Below, one piece after another: positions 33,620 through 45,989 of a DNA stretch of 57,734 bases. A program made the translations under genes and the position numbers. The notes under the pieces were generated by a model. That model was not told the origin of the DNA and searched no databases. It saw only the letters and a program-made list of their open reading frames with translations. Every line of letters begins with the position of its first letter. Position 1 is the stretch's first letter. The stretch is from Chiloscyllium plagiosum (taxonomy: Eukaryota). The DNA lies in NCBI RefSeq assembly GCF_004010195.1, contig NC_057754.1, positions 11,357,886-11,415,619 on the forward strand, written 5' to 3'.

Positions 33620-33990
33620 GATTCATTCTCAGGCCCCGCCCTGGACTGTGACGTTATGCGCTTTGTATCATCGCCAAGATGGCGTCCGTTCACCTCGGAC
33701 CGTTCCCGGATAAAAGACACGAAACTGCAAAGAACTAACCTGCAGCTTCTCTTACAAGGTGCTCGCCTCTCGCTGCTTGCCTTTATAAACCCTCTCCATC
33801 CATTGTCCGTATCAATCATTCCCTCCGGCTCCCCGACCTTGCCATTTCGAAAACAGCGTCTCCGCTATCACTGTCGCTTCCAATGCACGGATCCAGCCGG
33901 TAGTGCGCACGCGCCCTCCTTCCTGATGTGTGGAAAGAGGACCTTCAACACCGCACGGGATGCTGGGTATTTAACACGCCATTGAAATCA
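33620..33990. promoter_or_regulatory. CpG-rich promoter / exon 1, possibly shared by the divergent 31 kb (-) and 37 kb (+) ZNF genes
   Basis: YY1-like CAAGATGGCG 33675-33684, GC box ccccgccc, tgacgt, NRF1-like gtgcgcacgcgc ~33903, minus-strand donor CAG|GTTAGT at 33739. Confidence 0.65.
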
Positions 33991-34149
33991 ATTGTCATTG
34001 AAGATTGATTCTACTTTTCAATATTTTTCTCTTTCTTTCATTTCAAGCTTCTGCTGTCGAAATATTCTTTGGAAGAACAATATTGGTGGCCGGAAAGACG
34101 TCCTGACCTAAGGACACATCCATCAAACTCTCAACCCCACTCTCTACAA

Positions 34150-35079
34150 GTAGGAGAAAGTGAGGACTTCAGATGCTGGAGAAGTCTGGGTCGAAAAGTG
34201 TGTCACTGAAAAGCACAGCAGGTCAGGCAGCATTCGAGGAGCAGGAGAGTCAACATTTCAGGCATAAGTCCTTCTTCAGGAATGTGGAGGGGGATGAGAG
34301 ATAAATAGATGGGGCTAGTGAGAAGATGAGATTAGATTATCTGCAGTGGGAAATAGGCCTTTCAGCCCAACAAGTCCACACCGACCCTTCTAAGAGTAAC
34401 CTACACGGACCCATTTCATTCTGACTAATGCACCTATCACTATAGGCAATTTAGCATGGCCAATTCACCTAACCTACACTAATTTGGATTGTGAGAGGAA
34501 ACCGAAGCACCTGGAGAAAACCCATGCAGATGCAGGGAGAATGTGCCACACAGATCCACACAGACAGTCACATGAGGCGGGAATCGAACCCAGATCCCTG
34601 GCACTGTGAGGCAGCAGTGCTAGCCACCATGCTACCACAGGTGGATGCAGATGGGGTGTCCTGGTGCTGTGAGGCGGCAGTGCTAGCCACCATAGGTGGA
34701 TGCAAGTGGGGGGGTAATTGTAGTAGCTCGATGGGGAGGAGAAGCACATAGGTGGGAATAAAGATGGTCACGTATAAAGGATAGGTCAAAAGGGCAGTGC
34801 CAAATTGGAGAGTTGGATTTGGGATGAGGTTGGTGGAGGGGAGATTTGCAAACTAGTGAAATAGATATTCATGCTGTGTGGTTGAAGGGTCCCAAGGCGG
34901 AAGAGGAGGCATCCTTCCTTCAATTGATGTGTGACTTTGATTTGGCAGTGCAGGTAACCCAGGACTTGCATGTCCTTGGGGGAAGTGGGAGGGGGAGTTG
35001 AAGTGGTCAGCCACAGGGCAGTGGGTGTTTGGTGCGAGTGTCCCAGAGATGTTCCTTGAAATGCTCCATGAGTTGGCGT
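34150..35079 (-). mobile_element. 5'-truncated Penelope-like element (GIY-YIG endonuclease C-terminus plus terminal repeat)
   Basis: PVADHFNSPSH..MQVLG.LHCQ..LLFRLGTLQP..N motif; 13-bp TSD ccactctctacaa (34137-34149 / 35080-35092); terminal segment matches the short inserts. Confidence 0.85.
34330..34640 (-). mobile_element. HE1-type SINE nested in the Penelope element
   Basis: SINE head and tail; partial duplicate of the head at ~34660-34700. Confidence 0.85.
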
Positions 35080-35645
35080 CCACTCTCTACAACATAACCT
35101 TGTAATTTAAATACCTCATCCCTCAAATCATGTTGTAACTAATGGTGATGGATTTTGGAGATCCTTTAACAGATACTAAGATCATGAGAAATGTTTGCCT
35201 CTTCTGAATTTCTTCCTTGACTGTTACTTATTTCTTTTGTCACCTCCATTTTACAGAGAAGTGGAAGACATGAAATTTCTGAAAATTTTCTTTGATTCCA
35301 GTTCTGCTGTCTTCTCAGCTGCAAGATCCAGCAGGAGATTTTACATTTAATCACGATAAGATTTTTCCAAAGGTGAGTATTATTGAGCATTCATCTACAA
35401 TTCAATGCTGATCTTGGTGTGCAGCTTTTCATGTGTGTGGGGCTGGTGTGAGCTGTTTGAAGTGGATCTGAATTTATGTCCATCTATTGCTCTGTTTTAT
35501 CCCTGTCCTGCCTGATCACTTCTTTGCCATTGTATAACCTCCTCTACCTTTAATAATTAGTGTTTTTAACCCCATGTGATAGTTTATCATGATTTCTTCT
35601 GATCGTATCTAAATGAGAATTCCATCACTACATCCACCCATTTAG

Positions 35646-36580
35646 GGTGGCATGGTGGCTCAGTGGTTAGCACTGCTGCCTCACAGCACCAGGGACCCGG
35701 GTTCGATTCCAGCATGTCTGTGTGGAGTTTGCACATTCTCCCTGTGCCTGTGTGGGTTTTCTCCCACAATGCAAAGATGTGAAGGTTAGGTGAATTGACC
35801 ATGTTAAATTGCCCATAGTGCGCAGGGATGTGCAGGTTAGATGCATTGGTCAGGGTTAAATGTGGAGTAATAGAGGATTGGGTCTGGGTAGATTACTTTT
35901 CGGAGAGTCGGTGTGGATTTAGAGTCATAGAGATGTACAGCATGGAAACAGACCCTTCGGTTCAACCCATCCATGCTGACCAAATATCCCAACCCAATCT
36001 AGACCCACCTGCCAGCACCTGGCCCATATCCCTCCAAACCCTTCCTATTCATATGCCCATCCAAATGCCTCTTAAATGTTGCAATTGTACCTTCACCACT
36101 TCCCCTGGCAGCTCATTCCATACACACTCCACCCTCTGCGTGAAAATGTTGCCCCTTAGGTCTCTTTTATATCTTTCCCCTCTCACCCTAAACCTATGCC
36201 CTCTAGTTCTGGACTCCCTGACACCAGGGAAAAGACTTTCTCTATTTATCCTATCCATGCCCCTCATAATTTTGTAAACCTCTATAATTTTGTAAACCTC
36301 AGCTTCCGACACTCCAGGGAAAAGAGCCCCAGCCTGTTCAGCCTCTCCTTATAGCTCAAATCCTCCAATCCTGGCAACATCCTTGTAAATCTTTTCTGAA
36401 CCCTTTCAAGTTTCACAACATCTTTCCGATAGGAAGAAGACCAGAATTACATGAAATATTCCACCAGTGGCCTAACCAATGTCCTGTACAGCCGCAACAT
36501 GACCTCCCAATTCCTTTACTCAATACTCTGACCAATTGTTGGGCTGAAGGGCCTGTTTCCACACTGTAGGGCTTCTAATA
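35646..36580 (+). mobile_element. HE1-type SINE split by a CR1 insertion
   Basis: Head and body at 35646-35917; tail ttgttgggctgaagggcctgtttccacactgtaggg resumes at 36536. Confidence 0.85.
35918..36535 (-). mobile_element. Young CR1 LINE 3' fragment
   Basis: Reverse complement of the 22.5-23.1 kb sequence (ORF 36049-36312). Confidence 0.9.
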
Positions 36581-36897
36581 TTTCTAATATCCAGCAACTA
36601 TGTGCTGCTGATTTATCTCACTTCCACACACATGGTTTCCCTTTCTTTTGCACAGGCCTCACTCACAAACAGTCCTCTCACTCTCCTATGCTCCTGCTTG
36701 CTTCTATTCTTTGCGCTCCCTCTTTCTCCCACCTTGCACACACTTTTCCCTTCCCCGGTCTTAATCTCCAGCCACGTTTTCTCTCTCTCACTCTCTCCAT
36801 TTCTGTCCTCCCTTACAGGCCAGAGTCCTGTGTCGATCCTGACCAGATGGCAGTTACTCTTTCCTGATGGATATTCATAACGGGTTCACTTATTGCA

Positions 36898-37150
36898 TTA
36901 GATTAGATTACTTTAGATTACTTTACAGTGTGGAAACAGGCCCTTCGGCCCAACAAGTCCACACCGACCCGCCGAAGCGTAACCCACCCATACCCCTACA
37001 TTTACCCCTAACCGGAGCACCCGGAGGAAACCCACGCAGACACGGGGAGAACGTGCAAACTCCACACAGTCAGTCGCCTGAGGCGGGAATTGAACCCGGG
37101 TCTCTGGCGCTGTGAGGCAGGAGTGCTAACCACTGTGCCACCGTGCCGCC
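36898..37150 (-). mobile_element. HE1-type SINE (young, CpG-rich, internal deletion)
   Basis: ggcggcacggtggcacagtggttagc head on the minus strand; attagatta tail. Confidence 0.9.
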
Positions 37151-37288
37151 ATTGATTCAACAATTTTCATTCCCACTTTTTCTGAGAGCCCCATTCCTAT
37201 AAGTTACCAGTTTCATTGAGATCAATTTCTAATTTCCTGTTTTGTGCATTCTGTCTTCCTTTTTTCTGTTTTAAATCAATTTCACAGG

Positions 37289-38590
37289 ATGTTAGAAGGG
37301 GAAGATTTGCAGTTGGGAAATTCAAGCCAAACATCAAATCAGGATGTGATGGATTTGCTCAGTTTGTCACAACCTGAATATCAGCAGATATTGAACATGG
37401 AAGAAAAAGAATCCATTTATATCTGGGAAAAAGCACATTTGTGTTCCTTGTGTGGACACGGCCTCAAACAATCTTCTGACCTGAAGAACCACAAGTGCAC
37501 TCACACTGGGAAGAAAAGGTGGCAATGTGGGCATTGTGGCAAAGAATGCAGGTGCCCTTCTGAGCTGGAAATTCACCAACACAGCCACACAGGGGCAAGG
37601 CCATTCACCTGCTCGAAGTGTGGTAAAGGATTCATGCAGCCATCCACCCTACTCACACACCAACGAGTTCACACTCAGGAGAGGCCTTTTCAATGCCCAG
37701 ATTGTGGGAAGTACTATAAAAGTTCCAGCAATCTGATGTCCCATCAACGTGTTCACACTGATGAGAGGCCGTTTAAATGCCCAAACTGCAGGAAGTGTTT
37801 TAAAAGTTCTGGCGAACTTATGGCTCATCAACGTGTTCATACTGATGAGAGACCCTTTAAATGTTCAGAGTGTGCAAAATGCTACAAAAGTTCTGGCGAG
37901 CTGATACGTCATGAACGTGTTCACAATGATGGGAGACCTTTTAAGTGCCCAGACTGTGCAAAGTGTTATAAATGTTCCGGGGAACTAATGCGTCATCAAC
38001 GTGTTCACACTAATGAGAGACCTTTTAGCTGTGCAGATTGTGGGAAGTGTTATAAGAGTTCTTGGGAACTGATGTACCACCAACGAGTTCACACTGACGA
38101 GAGACCTTTTAAATGTCCAGATTGTGGGACATGCTATAAAAGTTCAGGGGAAATGATGCGTCATCAACGAGTTCACACTGACGAGAGGCCTTTTAACTGC
38201 CCAGAGTGTGGGAAATCCTATAAAAGTTCTGGGGGACTTCAGTACCATCAACATGTTCATGCTGACAAAAGATCTTTTCACTGCACAGACTGCGGAAAGT
38301 GCTTTAAAACCTCCGGAGAACTAATAGTCCATCAACGTATTCACACTGAGGAGAGACCATTCAGATGCTCTCACTGTGGGGCTAGGTTCAGGTGGTCATC
38401 TGACCTCACTGTACATCAAAGAGTTCACACTGGGGAGAGACCATTCTCCTGCATGGAATGTGGGAAGAGATTCATACAGTCATCCCATCTGCTGAGACAC
38501 CAGCGTGTTCACTCTGAGGAGAGACCATTCAACAGCACTAAGTCTGGAAAGAGATTCACTGAAACATCTGCCCTGCAGGCCCACCAGTGA
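37289..38590 (+). CDS. Tandem C2H2 zinc-finger protein, 13 intact fingers plus a decayed tail
   Basis: Acceptor tttcacag|G at 37287, in-frame ATG at 37289 (MLEGEDLQ...); 13 C2H2 fingers; the 14th has lost both Cys and ends in TGA. Confidence 0.85.
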   Translation: MLEGEDLQLGNSSQTSNQDVMDLLSLSQPEYQQILNMEEKESIYIWEKAHLCSLCGHGLKQSSDLKNHKCTHTGKKRWQCGHCGKECRCPSELEIHQHSHTGARPFTCSKCGKGFMQPSTLLTHQRVHTQERPFQCPDCGKYYKSSSNLMSHQRVHTDERPFKCPNCRKCFKSSGELMAHQRVHTDERPFKCSECAKCYKSSGELIRHERVHNDGRPFKCPDCAKCYKCSGELMRHQRVHTNERPFSCADCGKCYKSSWELMYHQRVHTDERPFKCPDCGTCYKSSGEMMRHQRVHTDERPFNCPECGKSYKSSGGLQYHQHVHADKRSFHCTDCGKCFKTSGELIVHQRIHTEERPFRCSHCGARFRWSSDLTVHQRVHTGERPFSCMECGKRFIQSSHLLRHQRVHSEERPFNSTKSGKRFTETSALQAHQ

Positions 38591-38837
38591 ATTCACACAT
38601 AGGAGAGGCCTCTTAAAGACCCAGGCTGCAGGTCATGCTGTAAATGGTTGTGTGAACTGATTATGTCATCCACAAGAATCTGAATCTGACTGGGGAAAAG
38701 GATGGAAACGTCAATTGGAAGACTGAGAATGAGGTGAATGGAATAAGAGGGAAGAGATAAATCAGCAGGAATTGGACTGAATGACCTGTCTGCTCATTTC
38801 ATGTTCTAAGTATTTCAGTTTAACCTCCTTTTACAGG

Positions 38838-40585
38838 ATATTTTTGTGTTGTATTTCCAAATCAGAATCAACACATCAAGATCTGACAGAGTGACCCAAT
38901 TCAACAGGACCTGAACATTACTGGCACCCCCGAATGTGGAAGGTGAAACGCTGTCTGTGAGAGGAGATTTTAAACATCAGTGTGACTACAAAACCACCAA
39001 GACACACACAAGTGTGAGAGTGTTCCAGTGCACTGACTGTCGAAAGAGCATTAACTATGCAGCCTGAAAAATAATTACACCCTCCACAATGGAGAGAGAC
39101 TGTCCATGTGTTCTGTCTGTGCAGATCAGTTTCAGTCAGACATTGAACCTGGAATGACTTAAGGAGAGCAACACCACGGAGAAACCATGGGAATGTGGGG
39201 ACGATGGGAAAGGATTCCGTTAATCCTCAAAGTTGGAAACTCATCAAGCAATCACAATGGAGAGAGGCTGCTCGGTGTATGCGAAGCAATTCACTCAGTC
39301 ATCGAGCCTGTACATACACCAGCACATTCACACCGGGAAGAGGCCATTCACCAGCTCCATGTGTGGGTAGGGATTTAATGCTTTATCAACCCTTTGGACT
39401 CATGAGCAGATTCAGTCTGATGAGAGACCCTTTAAATGTTCTGACTGTGAGAAGAGTTTTAAAAGCGGATAGGATATATTGATACATCAACATAGATGTA
39501 TCAACACACTGGGGAGGAGACCATTCACCTGCAAAGTGTGTGGGAAAGGATTCATTCAGTCATTCCACCTCCTGACCCACCAACTTATTCATATTGAAGA
39601 GAGATATTTTAAATGTTCTGACTGCAAGAAGACCGTTAAACGTAGAAAGGATGTACTGAACTACTAACACATTCTAACTGGGGAGAAACCATAATCTGCT
39701 TTGTGTGTGGGAAATCTATTATAAGATTAGATTAGATTCCCTACAGTGTTCAAACAGACCATTTGGCCCAATAAGTGCAAACTGACCCTCCGAAGAGTAA
39801 CCCATCCAGACCAATTTTCCTACATTTACCCCTGACTAATGCATCTAATACTATGGGCAATTTAGCATCGCACATCTTTGGATTGTGTGAAGAAACCCAT
39901 GCAGATGCAGGGAGAATGTGAAAACTCCACACAGACAGTTGCCCAAGGCAGGAATTGAACCTGTGTCCCTGGCAGTGTGAGGCAGCAGTGCTAACCGCTG
40001 AGCCACCTGCCACACAAAGGAATTCAGATTGGACAGGGATTCACTAATTCATCCTATCTTCTGACACATCATTTTGTTCACACTGATGAGAGATCTTTTG
40101 GATGTCTTGACTATGAGAAGAAATTTAAAAGCAGAAAGCATTTTCTTAAACACCATGACACCCACACTGGGAAGAAGCCATTCCTTTGCTTTGTGTCTGG
40201 GAAAGGATTCACTCTATTATCCCACCTGCTGAGACACCATCAAGTTCACACTGGGGAAAGGCCATTCTCCTGTGCTGAGTATGAGCAGGAATTTGTTGAT
40301 TCATCTGATTTTCTGATCCACCAGTGAGTTCATACTGGGGAGAGACTGCTCCCTATGTGGCAGGAGATTCACTCAGTCTTCCGATTTCACAGAACACCAA
40401 CTTGTTCACACTGACAGCAGACCTTTTCAATATTGTGACTGTGAAAATAGGTTTAAAAGTAAACAGTATCTGCTGAAACATCAAAAACTTCACTTGAGGT
40501 TGGGAGTGTACATCTGGTTTGTGTGCAGGAAAGGATTTGCTCAGTCTCACATCCTCCTGAAACACCAGCAACTTCACCTGCAAGA
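38838..40585 (+). pseudogene. C2H2 ZNF pseudogene, SINE-interrupted
   Basis: Acceptor ctccttttacag|G at 38837; ACG in place of ATG before EKPW at 39176; many fingers with stops and frameshifts. Confidence 0.85.
39723..40010 (-). mobile_element. HE1-type SINE inside the ZNF pseudogene
   Basis: SINE head and tail. Confidence 0.9.
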
Positions 40586-41618
40586 GCAGCAATTGGATTC
40601 TACTGAGAATGCTGCTGTGACCTATAGCTGGGACTGAGCCTTATCTGACTGCCCATTTCCGATGGGGCTCCACAGTTTCTTGGTAGAGGTCAAGGATCTA
40701 GATTTCAATGTAGGGGCCATAATGAGGAAGATTTATAAATATGACAAAAGTTGGCCATAAAATGGACAATGAGAAAGAAAGCTGCAGACTGCATGATGTC
40801 AATGGACTAGCCAAAAGGGCAGAAACATGGCCAATGGAATTCATTCTGCAGATAGGGAATCTGAGAGGGGAGGGGCTAACAGGGAAAGGGAATGTACAAT
40901 AATTCATCGGAAACTGAGAAGTTTAGAGGAAAGTGAGCACATCGAATGATGTCCACAGATACCCGAAGATGGCTGGATGGGTACATAAAGAGGTTAGTGA
41001 GGGGTTTAGTTGAACCTAGAATATAAAAACATGGAGATTGTGCTGGAACTCTAGAAAATATGAGTTAAAGCACAGCTGGAGTACCGAGGGCAGTTCTGTT
41101 CATCACATGAGTGAACTAGAAAGTGAACCTATTTTAATTATCATAAAACTCAAGACATTTTGATATTTAAGTACAATCAGTGTTCAATTCATCAAATGTC
41201 ACTGATAAAGATAAAGCTAACCTACAAAATGATTGTAATAGTGAGGACATCTGAATTGTAAGCAACTTAAAATCTGTAGTGTTTCAATAATCATAATAAT
41301 TAAGAAAAATATTTTGGTTAACTTACTATAAAATGGTGACTTCTGTATAAGGGAAGAAGTTGATTAGTGTGTAGCAAATGAATCTATCTTTATTTTAATC
41401 TGAAGTTTGTTTTGATTTAGTTAATAAATAAACATAGTGTAGGGAATCCTAGTCCCATGGACTGCACATTGAGTTCCATATGGGAAAACCAGGATAATTA
41501 CAGTCACAGAGTCATACAGCACTGAAACAGACCTTTCAGCCCAAACTTACTCAAGTCAAACAGCTTTACTAAACTGAACTAGTTGCATTTGCCTGCGTTT
41601 GGCTTATATCTCTCTAAC

Positions 41619-41828
41619 TGAAAATGTGTTGCTGGAAAAGCGCAGCAGGTCAGGCAGCATCCAGGGAACAGGAGAATCGACGTTTCGGGCATAAGCCCTT
41701 CTTCAGGAAGCCCTTCTTATGCCCGAAACGTCGATTCTCCTGTTCCCTGGATGCTGCCTGACCTGCTGCGCTTTTCCAGCAACACATTTTCAGCTCTGAT
41801 CTCCAGCATCTGCAGTCCTCACTTTCTC
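41619..41828. mobile_element. Very young Penelope-derived fold-back insert
   Basis: Perfect 78-bp inverted arms (41618-41695 / 41716-41793); 16-bp TSD cttatatctctctaac (41603-41618 / 41829-41844). Confidence 0.92.
41679..41706 (-). ncRNA. Minimal hammerhead-ribozyme core (putative)
   Basis: CUGAAGA-A-GGGC-UUAU-GCCC-GAAA-C-GUC; stem III reduced to the palindrome ACGU; stem I pairing is weak. Confidence 0.6.
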
Positions 41829-43751
41829 CTTATATCTCTCTAACCCTTTCCTATCCATGTCTCTGTCTAAATGTCTTTTCAATGTTGTAATTGTGTCTTG
41901 GCCTTTACCACTTCCTCTGGCAGCTCATTACATATGTGCACCACCCTCTGTGTGAAAAGGTTGCCCCTCAGGATGTTATTAAAGCTTTCTGTCTCACCTC
42001 AAACCTGTGCCCTCTAATTCTGGACTCCTCTATTCTGGGAAAAAGGTCTTGGCTATTCACCTTATCTGTGTCTTTCATATTTTATAAACCTCTGTAATAT
42101 CACCCCTCAGTCTCCTATACTGCAGGGGAAAAAAGTCCCAGACAATGCATCCTCTCCTTTTAACTCAAAGCATCCAGTCTTGGTAACATTCTAGTAACTC
42201 TTTTTTGCACGCTTTCCAGTTTAATGACATCCTACCTGTACCAGGGTAACCAGAATTGTACGCAGTGCTACAAATGTGGTGTCATCAATGTCTTGTACAG
42301 CTGTAACATGACATCTCAACTCCTGTACTCAGTGCTCTGACCAATGAAGGCAAGTGTGCCAAATACCTTCTTCATCACCCTGTCTGCCAGGGACACAATT
42401 TTTGGTACTGACAAGAACACTCATTTGACCATAGCTAAAATATGACACTCAGTTCTGGCCCCACATTCCAGGATAGACGTGATCACACCAGGGAGGCTGC
42501 AGAGGAGATTGATGAGAGTGTTTCCAGAATTGGAGAATTATAGCTCTGATAAAAGGTTGGATAGGTTGAGGTTGTTTTCTGTGGAAGAGAAGCAGAGTGA
42601 GGTGAGATTTAATTTAAGTGATAAGATAGGAGTCCAGACAGAGTGGATCGGAATGAGCTATTCATTAATAGCGAGGTTGGTAACTGGAGGTTTTAGATTT
42701 AAAATATTTCACAGAAAGAAGGGGGAAGGGAGGAATCATTTCACATAGAGATGGTGGGGAGTTGGAATTCTCTGTCTGATAGAGGCAGAAATCTCATTGT
42801 ATTAAAATAAAAGGACATGGATACACTTGGAATGCAGAATATACAGCTCTATGTATAAAGATCAGTAAAATGGGATCAGCCTAGACAGTTCTATTTCAGC
42901 CACATAACCACAATGGACCAAGTGGCCTCCACCTGTGCCATAACTTTCAGATGACTTTATTCTGACCTTTGGAGTTTTTTTTCTGATGATGTTTCTAACC
43001 TCTGAAATTGGACTGGAGTTTAATATTCTGGAGAAATGTCAAATAAATCAGGTTTGCTTCAAACATGTCAGTGTGGATTGTTTGAATCCTGAGTGTTTCT
43101 ATTCATCTGGAGATCAGAAACAACAGTCTCAGGGGAGGATATGACAGCAACAGAACTTAAGCGTGGATATTTCCTTCCGAGTCACACTGAGAAGCACAAA
43201 TAGCACTTTGATCTTTCTCGTCTCCTCGTCACTGACAGCAAAGCCCCAGTATGGGTTTATTCTGCTGTGAAGAAGGAATGTGTCCTAGCTACTGTCTCCT
43301 ATGGCTCAGAGCTCCTAGTTATAGAACAGAATCTCTAGAGTCAGAGGAAGAACAACAGTGAATGCTGGAAATGTGCTTCAAGTCAGAGATGAGTAGAAAA
43401 CCGATGTGTTCCTGACTGGAAGTGAATCTACAGGTTTAAGTTTCTACTACATTGATAAAGATGAAACTGTTCGGCAATCCAAGATGAGCTAGAAATTATA
43501 CTTTACCAAGAGTGTAAATATGGAAGATGTTGACAAAATATTAAGTTTCATTTTTAAATACCCACACATTGATTGGTCAAGAGGGGTTCTAGCAGCACCA
43601 AGATTGGTGTTGGCAAGTGTTCATTGCTAGAGTCTTATCTGAAACTGTTATCATGAATTTATCATTTTATAATGATGGAATACCAATATCCATTTTGTTC
43701 TTTTCAGTTTTCCAGGATTGATTTTGTTTTTATTTTTACTTAAATTTCTGC

Positions 43752-44062
43752 AGGTGGCACAGTGGTTCAGTGGTTAGCACTGCTGCCTCACAGCACAAGG
43801 GACCCAGATTCGATTCCAGCACTGTGTGACTGTCTGTGAGGAGATTGCACATTCTCCTTGTGAATGCATGGGTTTCCTGCCACAGTCCAAAGATGTGCAA
43901 TCTAGGTGAATTGACCATGCTAAATTGTCCGTAGTATTTGGGATGTATTGAGTAGTTGCATTAGTCAGGGGAAATATCGATTATTAAGGCAGGAGAATGG
44001 GTCTGGGTGGGTTACTCTTCAGAGGGTCAGTGTGGACATGTTGGGCCAAATGGCCTGCTTCT
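43752..44062 (+). mobile_element. HE1-type SINE
   Basis: SINE head, body and tail. Confidence 0.9.
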
Positions 44063-44404
44063 GTTACATAATTTTCTTGTTCTAACACTGAATTCCATGG
44101 ATTTTTAACTATTTGTTGAAGACAGTTCCCATCGAGTACAGAGGATTTGGCTGGCCCTCAGTATTTTGATTCCTTCCCTCAGACACTGCCAGGCCTGCAG
44201 AATTTCTCCAGGAATTTCTGTTTTTGTTTCAAATCTCCAGCAACTATAGTTCTTTTTTTTCCTTCGGCAGTAAAATGGACTAAATTTAGTAACATCTGCA
44301 GTAGATTCCACTGAACATAGATCAGTCTTGATTAACGGAAAAGAAGTCTCTGTAGTCATTTGGACATTTAAAAGATCTCTTGTCTATGTGAACTCAGTGG
44401 TGTG

Positions 44405-45674
44405 TCAACTGGGGCCGTGACTTTTGAGAATTGAAATTTACGATATTCTTTCAGGGTAGGTGTGATAGGACATCCCCCATGGCTGTTGAGTCTAGAACTA
44501 AGGGATCTCAACTCAGAATGAAGGATAGGCCACTGAAGACTGAGTGAGGAGGGATTTTTCATTCAGAATCTTTAAAATTCTTCAACAATTGAGGATGTTC
44601 AATACAGGAAGCAATAGATTCCCGAGGTGGATGACAGAATGGGAATAATGCAAAAAAGAAATGACTGGCCAAGATCCAACTGAATGGCAGAGCAAGTTCA
44701 GGGGCAGAATGGTCCCTCCTATTCCAAGTTCTAGGGCTTTCACCATCTCCTCCATCTTCAAGTCCAACAAGTGAGGAACTGATGGACTGTCATCAGGAGT
44801 GAGAGCATCTGATGAGTAACCTCTGCGTGTCTTTCCCTTCCCTGAGCTCACCCGGCCAAACTGTCTCAAATTCTTCTTTGAACTCTCAACCCATGTATTT
44901 CTCTAATTTCTAGATCTCCCATCAGGATTGTTCATTTGACCCACTTCTGAGTCCCTCGATCCTATTCCTACTAAACAACTGACCATCCAACTCTCCCATG
45001 GTCATTAAAATTGTGAACAGTTCTCTCTCTGTCTTTTTCTCTCTCTCTCACTGTTTTGGTTTTGTCCCTTTCATCTTTCAATCCCTGATCATCACCCATC
45101 CTGAGAAAAAAAAACTCTTGACCTCACCACCATTGCAATCTACCACCTCCTCTTTAATCTCCATTTCTTCTCCAAAATTCTTGAACATGGTGTGCTACAA
45201 GGACCTGTCCCAGGCGTCTCCTATTTCTCATCTACTGGGAAACAATGCCCAGAAGCACTGTGGTGTTTTACGCAGGCACACTGACAATACTCTGCTCCAT
45301 CTCACCACCATCTTTTTCTATTCCTCCAATTGCAGATTGTTCTTTCCACATCCAGTACCAGATCTGCAGGACTTTCCTCCAAGTAAAAATCAGGAAGAGA
45401 CAATCCATTGTCTGAAATCAGTGATGCAAGTTCTGTTTCTTTACGACCAAATCCATCCCTTTCACTGGGAACTATCTGAGGCCGAACCATACTGTTCACT
45501 TAATCCCTCACATGTTTAATCTGAAAATGAGTAACTGATCACAGACCATGGAGAGACTGGAGAAGCTGAGATTATTTGTCTTTGAGCACAGAAGGTTAAA
45601 GAGGGAATTCATTGAAGGGTGGTAAATTTTTAAGCTGGTTTCATCTGCATGGGGAGAAACTGTTCCAACTTCAG
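44405..45674 (+). repeat. ~1.25-kb segmental duplicate, copy 1 (mosaic of old LINE pieces)
   Basis: Colinear with 51334-52562 over its whole length. Confidence 0.9.
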
Positions 45675-45989
45675 GATGGTTGGTAACCACAGAACCTAAC
45701 TTCAAAGTATGTAGCAAAAAGTCAAAGGGGGCAAATGAGGAGAGATTATTTTAATTCAGTTCTGATGATCTGAACGATGTTATCAGATTGTCTGTTGGAA
45801 GCAGATTGAACAGTAACTTTCAAAAGTGATTTGGAATATTCCTTCATAAGGCAGAAGAAGCAAGGGAGAGGGGCTCAATTGTCAGCATTTTCACAGACAG
45901 TTCCAGCACAATGAGCCGAATGACCACCTTCTGTACTCTGAAGATTCTATTGTATGACTTTGTACTGGATCAGGATTTAATTATTTACA

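Larger units (their letters stand above)
40780..42950. mobile_element. Cluster of CR1-type fragments (+ 40780-41110, - 41500-42390, + 42420-42950)
   Basis: WPMEF, LEY.GQF, RLQRRLMRVFPELEN.S..RLDRL motifs and a reverse-complement CR1 tail. Confidence 0.7.

Noticed and set aside
44998-45519. Paired 173-aa / 133-aa ORFs at 45.0 and 52.0 kb as a novel gene family
   Set aside because: They lie in the duplicated block of decayed LINE sequence, and the similarity is explained by the DNA duplication.
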